Positions 24,331-39,879 of a stretch of 64,000 nt of DNA are shown here, piece after piece. The stretch's first letter is position 1. Every line of letters begins with the position of its first letter. The position numbers and the translations under genes are program-made. Source of the DNA: Vicugna vicugna (lineage: Eukaryota); contig MU058423.1 in the NCBI GenBank assembly GCA_013265495.1, positions 2,929,061-2,993,060 on the forward strand, given 5' to 3'. The notes under the pieces are model-generated. The model was not told the origin of the DNA. It searched no databases and worked only from the letters and a program-made list of their open reading frames with translations.

Positions 24331-27300
24331 CTGTAAGGGAACGGAAAACAAGTTCACAGTCACAAGCCAAGCCCACCAGGATCTGGCCGATATGCAAGTG
24401 TCATGTCCTGCCAGGTCTCTGAGGAATTCTGGATCTGTGATTCAAAAGCGAAAGCTTAGACCTGAAAATGCTCAGTAAAGAATGACCTCCAGATCAAGGC
24501 GCCTGGAGGTACAGCCAAGAGGAAGATAGGTTGGTGTTCCCCCACATTACATGGAACTACCCAGAGGAGAGACAGGTGAGGCTGGGGCAGGGGAGATAGA
24601 TAACATTTATTGGTTGCTTACTTTCTCCCAGGTATTGAACTACATGTTTTACATTCCTGATTTCATCAGTAGGAGGAAGTGCAATTTTTCCCCCATTTAA
24701 TGGATGATAAAACTGAGGCTTGGTGAGTACCTTGCTCAGTATCATGCAGCCAGCAAGTGAAAGGGCTGAGATTTAAGCCCAGGTTCGCATAACTTAAAGC
24801 TGTCAAAGAATGTTTACATACAACTATTCTTCAGAACTCAGAAATCCATCTGGTCTAATTCCCACCCCCCCCCCCCTTTTTTTTTTTGGAACTGTCCACT
24901 TTTACACACCACGAGGAACTGGTTTTATGGGAAGAGGGACGGCGTATCGGTTTCGTTTTCTGAATATCTCTCTACTCTGCCTACCCTGCCCAAGGGCTCT
25001 ACCTGCTCCTCCCCCAACCCCCCTCAGCTCAGAACTGGCCCCAACTCACCTCCCTATATCCAGTCCTGCCTCCTCCCATTCCTTCTCCACAGTGTGGCTG
25101 GAGAGATCCTCCAGGACAAAAATCTGACCATGTCACTTCCCTGCTTGAAACCCTGTGACTTCCTGTTGCCCTTAGGATTGGATACAAACCCCTCACCCAC
25201 TCTCTGTACTCCAGAGAAGTACGAATTTCTTTCAATTCCTCTGCCAAACTTTCTCTCATCTCTGAGTCTTCCCACACACTGTTCCCTCCTCCTGGAACAA
25301 ACTTCCTCCTCCTTCCTTCTGGTTAATTCCTATTTGTGTCTCAGAATAAATGTCACCTAACCTGAGAAGTCCTCCTTGACCCCTTAACCTGTCTCTGCTC
25401 TCACGGTTTCCCTTCTCATAACCACAGTCCTACTGCATTTCACTTAAACATGTTATGAAATATTTAAGACCCACTGCCCTGCTTAAGAAATGCAATACAG
25501 CAGAAGCCTTGGTGTATGCTTGGCTCACCTCAACCCCCTTTGCATCACACATTTCTTTCCCCATTGCCAAGGACCCACTCTCCTGAATTTGGTTCTTAGG
25601 ATGCCGATGTGGCTCTCGGCCCTTTACTAATTACGCATGTGTCTCTGAACAGCATAGTGCATGATAGTGCTTCCCGTGTTATGCCAATGATATCACACTC
25701 GTGTATTCTGAAACTTGCTTTTCTTTCTTCAACAAGTATGATTGTGGGATTCATCCATCTTCTTACATGAATAAAACGTCTTCTTTCATTTTTACTAGTA
25801 CATAATACTGCTTTATATGGTTCACCAAGATTTATTTATGCATTACTTGTTGATGGACATTTAGATTGTTTCCAATTTTTTTGTCATTGTGCACACTCTG
25901 TTAGGAACGTTCTTGTGCCTGTCTCCTTATACGCACGTCTGAGCTGAAAGCCGGGGAGTGGAACTGCTGGGTCAGAGGGTATGTGAACCTCCAAGTTCAC
26001 CAGCCACTGCCACGTTGTGCTCCAAAGTGGTTGTTATCAACTATGCCAACCGGTCATGCAAGACAGCTTCTGTTGTTCCCCATCCTCCCCACATTTGAAA
26101 TGGTCAGATGTTTAAATTGTTGCCAATATGATATGGTGGGAGATAGTGTCTCACTGGGCTTTAAATCTTATTTCCTTGATTATTAGTGAGGTTGAGCATC
26201 TTTTCTTAGTTTATTTGCAGTTTGGTTTCCTCTTCTGATCATATTTTAATTGCCTGTCTTCCTGGCTGCCTTGTAGATGCTGTGAGGGCAGAGACCAAAC
26301 TTAACTTGCTCACTACTGTCTCCCCAGCACCAAGCCCTGGGCCTGGTGCATAGGAAGGCATCAGGGCACTGAACAGATGCATGTAGGAAATGGGTGATCA
26401 AAGACAGTCCCACTCTTCCACTGTTCTGCCTGAGACCAGCCCAGGTCTCCACTTATTACTAACAGTCAGCTAAGGGGATCTCAAGTTAGTCCACTGGTTT
26501 CCCCCTGTGTTTGTCAGAATAACATGATACTTCCAGCTCTTCAATAGTTAGTATTCTTCTCAAACGGAAGTATATCCAAAATACCTAGGCTGAGCTCATC
26601 CAGGATACCCAGCTAACCTAATGGTATCGATTTCTTCTCAGTAGAACAGATAGCACTTAATGCTGACGCCCTCCATGGTATCTGCTATAAATAACTCCTG
26701 AAGGCGGATGAATAATTAAGAGGATGCCATAAGTGGGTTACATTTGCAAAATGCATCACAATTCTGATTTTCATCAGAGCTGTCCCTGGTGAAGATCATT
26801 TCACGTTCAATAATAACATGTCTTGATTGATTTCCAGTGCCAGGCATCACTCCAAATCTTTCCAAGTATCATCTCATTTCATCCTTACCACAGCCTATAA
26901 GAAGAGTACCATGTTTATCAGCAGTTTTTAGGATGGTGGCTGGAGCATAGTAAGCAAGGAGGAGAGGTACTTGAGAGAGGCTGGAAGAATGGGCAGAGGG
27001 CAGAGGCCAGGTCGGGCAGAGCCCTGCAGGCCGTAAGGTATTGGATTTTATCCCAAGAGCAATAGGAATCCACAGAATCCAGGGTTTTGAGCAGGAAAGT
27101 ACCGTGACTGGGTTTGTGTTTAAGATCAGTCTGGCTGCTGAGTGGACAGCGGCCTGGAGGAGGCTGGGGGTAGAAGCGGAGACCAGCTGGGAGGTGCTAG
27201 AGGCAGAACAGGCAGGAGTGATGCTGGCTGGAGCTGGGCTGGAGGCAGTGGGCGTGGGCTCAGGCAAACACACAGGAGAGCAGGAAAGCCAGACTCGATA

Positions 27301-29207
27301 CCAGCTCAGTTACTGCCTTTCGTGGGGGCAGTGGGGAAATCACAAAACCTTCAGGGTGGCCATTTCTGCTCCACCTCTGCAGAGGAGAAACATCCTTTCC
27401 CCTGCCCAGGGGGATGCCTTCATCCCAGGGATGTCCTGGGAGGCCTTCAGACCCAGGCCCTGAAGCAGTCTGTGCTGTGGAAACACAAGCTGTTACAAAC
27501 AGGCCCGCATCCTGCCTTGCTGAGAGATAATGATTTCTGGACTGTCACTGCCGTCCCCAGAGAGAGAGGGAGAAATCTTTCCTTCACGCAGGTGGGAACT
27601 GACTGAGTGAGCCAGGCCTGCACCTTGTCCAGGGTCAGCCATATTATCTATCAGGACTAAAATGGGCACTGGTTGCCTTAAACACACGGTCTGTCTCCTT
27701 CCAGCTTGAATCTTCTCTGGCTTTATCTCTGCTGCCAGTGTTGACATGCTAATGATTTTGGTTCATAATATTGAACTCTGAAATAAATTAAAGGTGGACT
27801 ATTAAAGGCCTGCAGCCTGGTTCAGACAATGGTGCCTCTAGGAGATTTAAGCATAGGAATGGGAGGCATTGCTCCCACCTTTAGAAATCCAGGTGTAATA
27901 CAATTATTAGCTCCTTTTTATCCTTCTGGCTGCTTGGGTATAAAAGAAACTTTCATGTACTCTTCTCCTGTATTCACCTTCTTCTTTCTCTTTTTTTAAA
28001 ATGCCTATGAATATGTTTAAGGCATTTTTTATTTTTAACACCTTTATTATGGTATGATTGCTGTACAGTAAACTACACATATTTTAGATGTACAATTTGA
28101 TGAATTTTGATAGATGTGTACACCCATGAAGCTACCACCACAATCAAGATCCCTAACAATTCCATCACCCCCCAGGATTTCTCCTGCAGTCTTTGTCAAT
28201 ATTTAACAAAGAGCAGTGAAAAATTGTCTTTTACGTCTAGGTATTCCCCCTACTTTTCCTCTCTAGACCCAATATTGCCTTGCATGCACTAAATGTTATT
28301 TAAAGGTGGCAGCATGGGGCAGTGGAAAGCTTGGGACTGGGTGTGAATCCCAGTCTCCTCAGTTGTAAGCTGGGTAGCAAAGGACAAGTCACTTAACCTC
28401 TCTGAGCCTCCAGGTCTTCATGTGTGTGATGGGAACAATAATACCTATTTCACCTTCACAAGGGTTCGTGTGAGGACTATAGAAAGTACCACATGGAAAG
28501 CACCCAGAAGAGCGCCTGAACTATAGAAGGTACATTATTTACTTCCTATCCCTGGAATCAAACATCTAAAGATTTGCTAAGGATAACTCCCAGTTCGCTA
28601 AGCACCCTGGGCTGAGCTTTTCAGTGACGGAAAAGATCTTCTGAGCAAGAGAATTTTCTGGTCACCGGGGCCTCAAAGGGTTTGGAAGATCTCAGCCACC
28701 ACTGACCAAAGCTCTGGTCCTACGTTATTCCCCCAAACCCATAAACTCAGGTTTAGCAGACCAATTTTAGAACCCAGCACCAAAAGCCAGGAAGATACCC
28801 AATGCTCTGCACATTGTGTTGCAGTGAAGTTGAGGAAGTTTATTGGCTGATCTAAAATTCCATGGTAGAAAGCCAACTGGATTTTGTTTTAAATAGACTG
28901 GGCCATTTAACCCTTGTTCCTCTAATCCACCTCTCTATTTCTCCGTGTTTTTCACCTGTCACAAATGCCTGTCAGTCACTGGTAAGCTTAGGTCTGCAAG
29001 GTTGGGCTGAGGTGGACGTGGCGTTGGAAAGTCCAGTGATGCCCTGCTCCACCCCTCACCCCCGCAGCTTGGCTCCCTCAACTCCATCCTTCCTGCACAG
29101 CCAGAAGAGCAGGAGAGGAGGCTGTGGAGTGCTCCCCGCAGCCCCTTACTGAGCATGGGGAACAGGGAAGTAAGGGAGGGCGTGGTGAGTGGAGAAGGGC
29201 AACTCAC

Positions 29208-29400
29208 GAAGTGCAGTTCTCCTTGGATTCAGTGATGCTGTCCTCAATCTCCATGTTGGTTGAGAGGCTGGCAAAGCCATGGGGCAGCTCGTCCCACTCG
29301 TCAAACCGGATGCCCGTGCCAAGGGAGTAGCGGCCCTCAGCGCATGGCTTACATGACTGGTCCTTCATGTCCAGAAACTCCCCGGCTTTGCAAGAGAAGG
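29208..29400 (-). CDS. ELAPOR1: ELAPOR1 exon 3 [16 protein letters not shown]...ENCTS
   Basis: AG/GT boundaries, 193 nt, in frame. Confidence 0.95.
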
Positions 29401-31479
29401 CTGGAACACAGAGCAGGGACAAGGGTGTGGTGGTGAGGTCAACTGCCGCCCAAGAGGATGGGTTGGTTGTGGGCATCCTAAAGGGAGGAGCAGAGAATGG
29501 AGTTCTAGGAGTCTGACCCACTAAGATTTAGAGCCATGGTGCATCTTGTATGATTCCATTTATATGGGATGCCCAGAACAGGCAAACCCATAGGGACAGA
29601 AAGTAGACTTGTAGTGATGGGGTGTTGGGGGAGGGAGTAGGGGGGAGAGATCACTAATGGGCATGATGTTTCTTTGCAGGAGTGATGAAAATGTTCTGAG
29701 ACTAGATAGTGGTGATAATTATGCAACTCTGTGAATATTCTAAAAACCACTGAATTTTATACCGTAAAGCGGTGAATCTTATGTAAATTATATCGCAATA
29801 AAGCTGTTATTTAAAAAAAAAGATTTACGGCTTTGTTTCAGGACGTTCGGCTTGCCCTGGTCAGTCTCATTTCCTAAACCAGTAGCGTCGGCCATTCTGA
29901 GGGCTCTCCAATGAAGAGGGTACCATGATCTCATGCTGATCCCTCTGAATGGGGCCTGGCCCTTCAGCCTTGAATCTCCCCCTGGAATCTCTGGCTTCTG
30001 TGTCCTCCTTTTTGGTCCCACTGCCACCATGCTAGTTGGGATTCTTGTGACCTGTTACTTCAACCACTGCAACGTCCTCCTAATTAATTCCCTATTTCTT
30101 GTCTTGGCTCATTCTGTGGTCAGAAGTATCTTTCCAAAACACTGATATGTATTTAAAAAATAATCAGGAACACCCCCACCTGTGCCTTTTGGTTACAGAA
30201 TTAAGCTCTCAGCCTGGCATTCAAAGTCTTCCACAATTTTCCCCCAACCCAACTTTCCAGCTAAATCTCTGGCTACAGATCTTTCTCCACCCCACTCCCA
30301 TCTGTCCCCTTCCTTGTGTTGCTTCCACCCCAGGCCACATGCTCTTCCCTGAATGTGTCTGGTGTTCCGCCTCCAAACTTCTGCTCCGTGGTTTTCCTAG
30401 CTGTTTCTGATCCTTAAGCATCCATAACTCCCATTCTTTTTCACCTCGTATTAACACATCATATTTATGTGTGCCTCCCAGTAGGCTCTGAGCTCCTCCA
30501 GGACGGTGGCTCAGCAACTGGCACGGACATAGCAGGGGATCCAGGAAGTTTGGCTAAAGAAATGAATGGATGAACCGACGTTTGCTCGTCCCACCAGAAT
30601 GTACACTTCTGAAGGCAGAGATTGTGTCTTATTTATCTTTGTGGTTCACGTAGCAGGTGCACATAGTGCTCAATAATGTTGGCCATGTTTACTGAAGATG
30701 GCTCATTTGTTTCCATTAGTCACACCTCAGTTCTACTCAGATCGTGGCAGTATCCATTCATTGATTTGCATTTGTCCGCTCACCTACTGAACCAGGCACT
30801 ATGCTAAGCTCATTGTAGACTTTAAATGCTCTCAGTCTCCTTTCCAAATCTTCAGGCATTCCTTGATTCTAGTCCGTCTTTTACTGCCATCCCCTTTGCA
30901 CTTCTCAAAAGAACAGCACAGGGTAAATAGCAGGCAATGGGAGAAAAGCTGTGGCTAGAGTCCCGGGGGGCGGGGGGCGGAGCTGAGGCAAGTCACTGCC
31001 CTTCTGGTGGCATGGTCAGCTCTGTGGCCAGGGAAGATTCTTGGCCCCTGAAGGGACGCCTAGTGCATTTCAAAGGTCTGTCTCTGTGAGAACTCATCTT
31101 CCTTAGTTTCTTTTTCAAGAATGACTGCAAATCACAATCTTTCCTAATGAGTGCTTGTGGCCGGTGAGTGTAGATTGGAGAGAAAGCCACAGGCAAAAAA
31201 GAAAATGTTTGCAAACAGAAAAAATATCTAAGTGGTGCACAGCTGGAATTTTTACTTGCTCTCCTGATGGGATTTAAATTTTAAAATAAAATAAAAGTAA
31301 ATTGAGATACCCGGTTTGCCTCCACGAAATAACATTTCTGCCCCAAATCTCAACAGGGTTGGGGATGGGAACTAACTGGGGGAAAGATCTGATTCCTTAG
31401 TCGCAGGGTCAGGAAGCGCCTAACTTGGATGGCAGGAGGCTTGGGGCAGAGGCCAAAGCTGCGAGGCAGGGCTGCTTAC

Positions 31480-31600
31480 AGCACTCGGTGCCCTTGACGG
31501 GGTCGGGGAGGCTGGTGCACAGGCCCGGGGTGTGCGGCACGGCGACCCTCCACCTGGAACCCATGCTGTCACATGCGGTGTACTCATAGTGGTACTCAGA
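31480..31600 (-). CDS. ELAPOR1: ELAPOR1 exon 2 [12 protein letters not shown]...VKGTEC
   Basis: CAG| acceptor, |GTAAGC donor, 121 nt. Confidence 0.95.
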
Positions 31601-34600
31601 CTGCAGGGGAGAGAAGAGTGGGCAAAATGCACATTAGCAATGGCCAGACATTAACAGCTTCCCACCCACTTCCTGCTCAGCGCAATGGCTACTGACACCC
31701 ATCACCACAGTAACAGGCCCTGGGGCCCCGGCAGGTAGTAAGGCACTATGGAGCCCAAATGACTATTGTCAAGCACACGCAGGAGCTACGATTATTTGGA
31801 TCATTCCTCTTCACTGGCCATCGTCTAGTTCCTAGAAATTCCTTTTTTTTTTTTCATGACTGTCTTTGCTGTTGTGTATAAATAATGTTCTCATAGGCCA
31901 GAGGGATGTGGGAAGGTAACTAAAGATCAGGCTAGAAACAGGTGGAATTTTTCTTGTCCCAAATTGCAAAATTTATGAGCAAGGACTGGTCTACGGAATA
32001 TTTACAAAGGATTGTTACAGAAGCTGTATTTCTAGTTCCCTGATTTCCTTATGTTTTTCATGCTCCCTTCTACCCAGAAAAACCATGAATTTCCACCTCA
32101 AGTTTTATGAAAGCGTCATGTATACATACTTAGCCCAGGCAGGTGATGGGCTGTCATCATGTGAACCTATGAATGCCTGATTTCTCTGTGCTATGAAAAC
32201 TCACAGTTCAGTTGCTTTACCTGAACTAAGAATAAACTGAATGACAGCAACAAAACAGCCAAGTCAAGCATTAAATAAAACAACAAGAGCCACAACAAAA
32301 ACCATAGAAAGTACCACTTGGGAAAAAGAAAGCACAACAGACACGCCAAATACCCTCAAATACCCTCTTTAATCTTGTAATAAACAACAGACCACAGAAT
32401 TAATGTGCTTTTGGCTCTGACAAGTATTTTATAATTCTCACTTACTAAAAACTATATTCAAGCCATAAAGTACTTTGTATCACTGTCTCCATAAGAAAAA
32501 TAGAATTAACGTCCCCCTCAGCCTGTATGAAAGGATGATTGCATAACATGTATAAATGCAAGGAACTGAGGCTGAAATTGAGACCATTTGAAGTTGACTA
32601 ATCTAAGAATGCACCAGAACCAAAAGGAGAAATCTTTACTTTTTGGAAGGGGTAAGCAGACTGCATTTCATCTCTTCTAAGATGCATATTTCTTTTAAAA
32701 AAATGCATATTTCTTTCGCACTGTAACACCTGTGAAGTCAAGGTGCGGCTTATAAATGACACAATGAGGAAGCATCGTGTCATGTTTTAACTGATGGAGT
32801 TTTTCTTTTCTTTCTGGTTCATAAAAACATAGAAACAAAAAAAAAACCCAAAAACACTAAGAAACTGGAAAAATATATATGTATGTATATATATGCATAA
32901 TCAGTTCTTTTGCTGTACACTTGAAACTAACATTGTAAACTGATTACCCTTCAATAAAAAATAAGAATTAAAAAAAACCTGGTGTGTCTTAGAACCAGTG
33001 GAATCTCAGACTTGTGGAAATATGGTAAACATGTTGTTTCTTGATTTGCAGTTTCAGAAACTTAGGATGATGAGAGGACAATTTTAGAGTTCTGTTTTTA
33101 TTTCCTCTATTATAAATATTTATCAAATATATATTGCCTGCCCAGCACTTAGAGGTACTAGATGTAGTGCCCAGTATGGCTCAGGACAGCAACGCATAAA
33201 CTCGGCGCTTTAATCCAGAGGAAGAAGATGCAGAGGAGACGGGGGAATTGTGAGCCTGACTTCTGATGAGAAGCTTTGGCTTTGGTTTAGATGTCAGTGT
33301 CATCTAGGAAAGAAAGAACATCTGGGTGGGAATTCTTTGTGCCCTTGGGCTGCCATTTCTCTGGGTCTGTTTTCCTGTTAATTCCACTCTTTACTTTGTC
33401 CCAGAAGACTCTGTGGATAAATAGGGCAACTACACACATATCAATTCCAGGTAAAAATGATACTCTCCGAAGGGTTTTGCTGCGAGAAAGAGGGGTAAAA
33501 TCCACAGTATGTGAATTAAATGGAGAATCGAGTGAACCAGGCAGAAAGAATTCAATGTTCTGCCTGTGAACACAATTATGCCTGTCATTTGCACAGTGCT
33601 TTTCCAGCTCCCAAGCACCATCCCATTTGCTCTTCAGACTCCCCAGAAGGCAAGCAGAGCAGGGGTTGTTTCCTCTACCGTACAGATGAGAAAACACTCC
33701 CCACGGGGTGAGATTGCCCAAGATCACAAAGCTGGTAAGTCACCGAGCTAGAACCCGGGCCTTCCCACCAGGAATCCTCCACCCTCCCATCAAACACAGA
33801 CTCACACTGGGCCAAATTTAACAGCCAAATCGAAAAATTAAATAAGACAATGTTGGTTGTCTGCCAGCAGCCAGGCTCACTTCTGAGTCCTGAGAATTGG
33901 TGTTAAAACATTTCATCTGTTTGAGCAGATCATTTCCATCACTCTGACTTTATTTGGCCCCCTGGAGACACATGGGCCATGTCCGCTTTGCATCATCTTT
34001 TATTTGGCAATCCCTGGGGCCCACTCGGGTGGGAGGTTTGCTGGGAAAATGGTGGTTCCGAGCCTTAGAAAATTTCCTTTTCAATAAGTGCTAATTTACT
34101 TCACGTCACTTGAGGATATCTGCAGCCTCTAATGTGCTGGCTCTGCTGCAGCTGTTTCAAATCTGAACTACATTTTGCAATCTCGCCGTCCAAGACAGGC
34201 TTAGACAGACAAATCAGAGCTGTAACTGGCAGCACTCCTCAGTTGTATTCCGAGTTCTGTGAATAAATCAATTCCCCAACACTAACTCAGTTTACTCAGC
34301 GATCTGTTTCTGAAAGCATAGAGTCTGCATAATATACAGATCCACAAAAGGAAACACACAAATACATTCAATACTTATGTCCAGCACACAAATTCCTCGC
34401 TCTCCCTGTGCACAATGACATAACAGTATCCAAATCACAATTTTAACTGGGGCACAGGAGGCAGTGGCTGCTGCGTGTTCTTCAGGGAAAGAAGGGTTTG
34501 AAAATAAGAGGTGGGCACCTTAGTTAAGCTGTCCTCCCCTAAATCACCCAGCCACACGCAATGCTCCCAGGGAACATGAGACGTTAGAGTGAAAAACGCC

Positions 34601-36992
34601 AAAATTGGAATTTGTTTGGCCAAATATTGAGCTATCTGTTGGTAACACTGATCTTTTGGCTCCAGAAGAAGGATCCACTCAGACCCACAACGTTTTCAGT
34701 CCTTTCTGTCTAGGTATTGAGTGGACTGCTGAAATGAAAACACAATCGCCAAGCCAGGATGGTGCCTGGATGGAAATGTGTTCTTCCTTCCACCTTTCCC
34801 CTATTCTTTCAAAACACGTGTTGTAGTTTTTTAAATGACTGTCAAAGCAATAGATTAGAGACTAGAGACTGGTATCACCAGTCTATAGATTGGTGGAACA
34901 CATTCAAGATGAGCTGGTGACAAAGGGATGTGGTCTACGGCACCGGTGGTGGTTAGCTTCTTTGGTGTGCCGTAACTAAACAGCCAGCTAGAAGGGACTC
35001 TGCACCTCCTCACCACACGATGCTCAACTTCTCTAAGCCACAGCTGCCTCATTTGGAAAACAGGGAGACACAAATACCTGCCTCCTGGCAGGGCTGCTGT
35101 GTATGGTGTGCAGGCTCTCCACAAGGCTGCCCAACTCAGGGCATGAGTAAAGTGTGAAATCTCGCTCGAGTTCCTCATGCTTGGTGGTGTGCCCAGGAAG
35201 GGGGTGCCTTTTCCCCATGTGTAGTGGGTTGGTTGTGAGCATAAATAAGATGATATAGGTCAATCACTTAGCACAGTATTTTTTTTATCTTCAAAACATC
35301 TTAATGGAGGAGGTATTATTATTTCACCATTTTACAGATAGGAAGACTGAGGCATCAAGAAGCGAAGTCACTTGCTCAAGGCCAAACAGCCAGGAGATTG
35401 TCAAGCTAGGACTGAATGAACCCAGGCAATCTGAGCCCAGAGCCTGTATTCCAGGCTGCTGGTATTTGAGGGCAGCCTGTGTGGGCTCCAATCACACTCA
35501 CAAAGTGTGTCTGGGACCCAGCACTGGCTCTCAAGATGCTGAAAACTTTGCAAGGAAATCAAAGGGTATAAAAACCTTTGCAAACAGGGCTCAAAGGGGA
35601 AAGAGTCAAGCCTGGAGCCATGTGGCGTGGGAAGGCTGAAAGGCACTTTAAACCTGTTTGGAGGACCTCCCCTGTCCTGGACATCTGTTGTCTCCACCTG
35701 CCCACCATCCATCGTTCCCTCCTGTGGTAACAGCCTCTTTGGGCAGACACATTCCCTCCTGACCATATTCAGTCTTAGTGGCATTGTCAAATAAGGTGGC
35801 CAATTCACTTTTGTCAAGACATGGACACATGGCCCACATGAAGCAAATCAGATGGTCTCCCTGGGTAAGTTGGAGATGGGATAAGGGGTGAGGACGCTTA
35901 GCCATGAGTAGGGACCTGAGGTGGGTGGAAGCTCAGGGAAGGATGAGGCAGGAAAGCGGGAGAGCTGGAGATAAGCCCCTCCTTACTTCTCAGCTCTACT
36001 GAGGGCTGGCGTTAATGCCTCTCCCCCACCAAAACCCACAGCATAAATAAAAACGAAAATTACGCCAAGTGAATTAAGCCAGTCACAAAATGGACAAATA
36101 CTGTCTGATTACACTTACATGAGGTGCCCAGAGTAGGCCAGTTCATAAAAAGAGCGAGAAAGTAGAAGAGTGGTTGCTAGTGGCTGGGCCCCTGAGTACA
36201 GTTTCAGTTTTATAAGATGAAAAGAACTCTGTGGACGGATGGTGGTGATGGGAGCACGACAATGTGAATGTACTTAATGCCTGCACTACGCACTTAACAT
36301 GGTTAAGATGGTTCACTGTATTTTTATCACAGTTTAGAAAAAAGCTGTGCTATAGGAACATGCCCATCCTCTGACTTTTCCTACTCAGTCCTCCAGAGGG
36401 CCAAAGCCTGATATTCTGGTAGTCTAAATTTAAGAAATACTCTCAAATAAAAGTATATATGTTATCCTACTAGATGGCCAAATTCAAGAGGAGGGAGTAG
36501 AGGAAGAAATGGAAGGCAACGGATGGAGCGGACATCGTAACAGTCTCCCTGGAGATGCCCATGGTGGTTCCCTGATGCTTCTGTGTTTGCCATTGACAAC
36601 TGTTTGAAAGCGTTGCATTGCAGTTGTGCAAATAAATGTTTTAAAAAATACCTTTTTCCCAAACATCCTGTTCTTTTGGAATTAAAAGATTTCAACTCTG
36701 GAAATACAGGTAACTTGGAACGTGTCAGATCTTCTAACAATCTGGGAAAATGACGTTTGCTCATTCCACATTCAACAAGTGTTTATGAGGGCCTATTATG
36801 TGCTAGGTTCCGGTGGAGCAGCGGTGTCTGAGACAAAGTTCCAGCTCTCAAGGAGCATAGACGTGTGTGTGGTAGAGAGTGGGCTGGCAGGGACGGAGAA
36901 GCTGCTTTCCAGTCCTCCACCATTCTCTACGATCATTTCTCATTGTACTCTCTGCTTGCCCCACTTTCTCCAGAGAAGCATCTTGACTGATG

Positions 36993-37361
36993 TCTGTTAT
37001 CAACTGTATGTTCGTTTTCTCCCCCCAAAATTCGTATGTTGAAGCCCTAAAATGATGGTATTTGAAGGTGAGGACCTTTGGGAGACAATTACGTCATGAC
37101 GATGGAGCCCCCAAGAAGGGATTAGTGTCCTTAGAAAAAGAGAAACAGAGCCAGCCCTCTCTCAGGCGCGGTAAAGATGTAGCATGAAGAGAGCTGTCTG
37201 CAAACCGGGAAGAATGGTCTCACCACACACTCGATCTGCCAGCACCTTGATCTTGGACTCCCCAGAACGGTGAACTCTCCAGAACTGTGAGAAATAAATG
37301 TTTGCCTTTTAAGCCACCCAGTCTATGGTATCCTGTTCTAGAGCCCAAATGGACTAAGACA
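36993..37361 (+). mobile_element. MLT1 (MaLR) solo LTR
   Basis: TGTTAT...CCCCCCAAAATTCGTATGTTGAAGCCCTAA...CCAGAACTGTGAGAAATAAATG...GGACTAAGACA (TG...CA ends). Confidence 0.8.
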
Positions 37362-39732
37362 GTGTCTAAGGGCTTTGTCAAAGATGGTGACATGTCTCTG
37401 ACTCCAACTTGACACCAACCATTGGACCATACTATTTACTTTTTCAACTAATGATGGTTTGAAAGTCATGACAAGCCAGACCCCACAAACATTTAGCCCA
37501 GCTCTTAGGAGTAACCTCTGCCACAGCAGACTGAACAGACACAGATGGCCAGCTACGACTGTCAGAGGAACAAATAGTGGGTGACTGGGTGGCAGTGAGG
37601 TCTTCTGTTCCACTGGCTTCTTCCTACCAGGGTATTTCTCCAGCCCAGCTGGCCAAGGATGCTAGCAACAGGTGGCTCAGACTGACTGGAGAGTCCAAGG
37701 GCTGCCCCCCAAATTGGGCCTCCAGAGGTTAACATGGGGGGCACGCCCCAGAATGCAAAGGTCCTGGGGTCTCCAGGGCTCAGTGGGTTACTGAAACAAG
37801 CGGTCTGAGAAACTAAGAACAAATGGCCTAGGTGGGCATTCGATGCTCTGGACTTCTTCTCATTTTTAAAATGAGAAAGTTAGATTTAGGCACTTTCTAG
37901 TTTTTAAGATTCCTTCCAGTTCGAATACACCTTATTATTTCACAGCTGATAATTACGTGGAACTCTGTTCTCCCTTCCAACTTTCCACCTCTTCCTTCAG
38001 AATGGCACTTCTCAGTTTTCAAAATAATTACCAAAGTAATAAATGTTAATTGTAGAAAAGATGAAAATATAGGCTAGGATTAAAAAGAAAATTAATTAAA
38101 ATCTGCCATAAGCCCACCAGAGAACACTACTCATAACATTTTATTGTATTTCTTTCCAAATTCATTTCTATATATACATATCCATTTTTAAAAACAAAAT
38201 GAAGATCATATGGTACGTAGTTTTGTATTTTGACTTTTTTTTTTACATTTTAGGTCACAAGCACTCTCCTGTGTCTTTAATAGTTGCACCATAGTTTCTT
38301 TAACCATTCTCCTATTGTTGGACATTGAGTTTTGTCCAATTTTTCCTTATTTAAAATAGAACTACAATGAAGCTTAATGTGCATCTCTGAATATTTCCTT
38401 TGGATAGATTCCCAGAAGTGGAGTTACTAGGATAGAGAGTATGAGAAACTATAAGATTCTTGATCAGGGAGGGAGATTTCGAAGAAAAAACAGACATTTC
38501 TAAGTCTTTTTTATTTCATCACTTTTTATTATGGTAAATTTCAAATGTATATATTTTTAAAAGCAGGATATAATGACCCCGTTTACCATCACCCAGCCTC
38601 CATACTTGCCAGTTTCTGCCATTCTTGCTCATCTACCTCTATCCACCCTCCAATTACCTCCACCCCCTCCTCCCCACTGGAAGTTATTGTTTTTATAGGT
38701 TGTTTACTTTTAGGGAAAATTTATATACATTGAAATGCACAAATCTTAGCTTCTTGAATTTGGTTAAATGGATACACTTGAGTAAAACATTGACAGGGCT
38801 AAGAATCACTGCCCAGAGATGGCCGAGGAGAAGGGATACCCCCAGCCACTGCCACCCCACAGACAGAGCACAGCCAAGCAGAGTCTCAGATCCTGAATCT
38901 TAGAATCACCAAACTAGTGCTGCATGAAGTCACAGCCACCGAGGAAGCAGCGGATCAACACAGCTTGGGTTTGTCTTGGCTAGGACAACACCTGTGTCAA
39001 GAAACAGGTTCTTAAGTAAACACGGATTCTGACTAGAAGTCTTGAGGTCTGGAGGAAGCTCCTCCCCCAGCTGTGGGTCCAGCCCCTCCTCCTCTCACCA
39101 TCCCCGAAGGCAGATCCTGTGGGGAGAATGTCTGAGATTGGAGCCCAGTGCACCAGGCAAACGCCCGAGCTGGTACAACGGCATCAACAGGTATCTGTCG
39201 ACTTAGTTGCCAATGCCTCTTTGCTTGGCAAGCGCCTGACCCAGCTGGCAGTAGATCCCATTAAACAATCCTGACGGTCAAAGAGAGACCAGCCCTTTGC
39301 TGGGAGGGAGGAGTGAGCTCTACTTAGCACAGAACACGGAAAACAGGGGTGAAATGTTCAGAATTTGAACATTAGTGCCTCAAGAGAGACTTTCTCTGTG
39401 GCCCAGCGCTGACTTTGCTCTTTTGGCTTTGGAGTGCCCTCACGCAGGTTTTGGGGGGATGGTCCGGCTGACACTCAGGGGCACAGCGACCTCACTGGAC
39501 CTTTCCTATTGTTCTCCAGCCACCAGACCGGGGAGACTCCCTCTTTCCTCCCTCCTCTCCCTCCCTCCTTCTCACCCTCTTAAGACTGCCCGCTCAGTAA
39601 CAGTGTCTTCTGGGCCCTAGGGCCTAGACATACCAGCCCAACACAACCAGAGGCAGAATTTTAGGTGTATGCATTTTTCTGGCCACAGTTTTCCTCAGAT
39701 TCTCTAGGGAGTTTGTTATCCAACTCCCCTTC

Positions 39733-39773
39733 CACACATACACACACACACACACATACACACACAGAGAGAG
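39733..39773. repeat. (CA)n(GA)n microsatellite
   Basis: Directly visible. Confidence 0.9.
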
Positions 39774-39879
39774 AAACATTAGAATCCATAATAACGCATT
39801 CACAATTTTTAAATAGCATAATATTTTACCACCAGACTGTTCACTTTTTTGTTAAACACAAACTCCTAATTTATCCCTC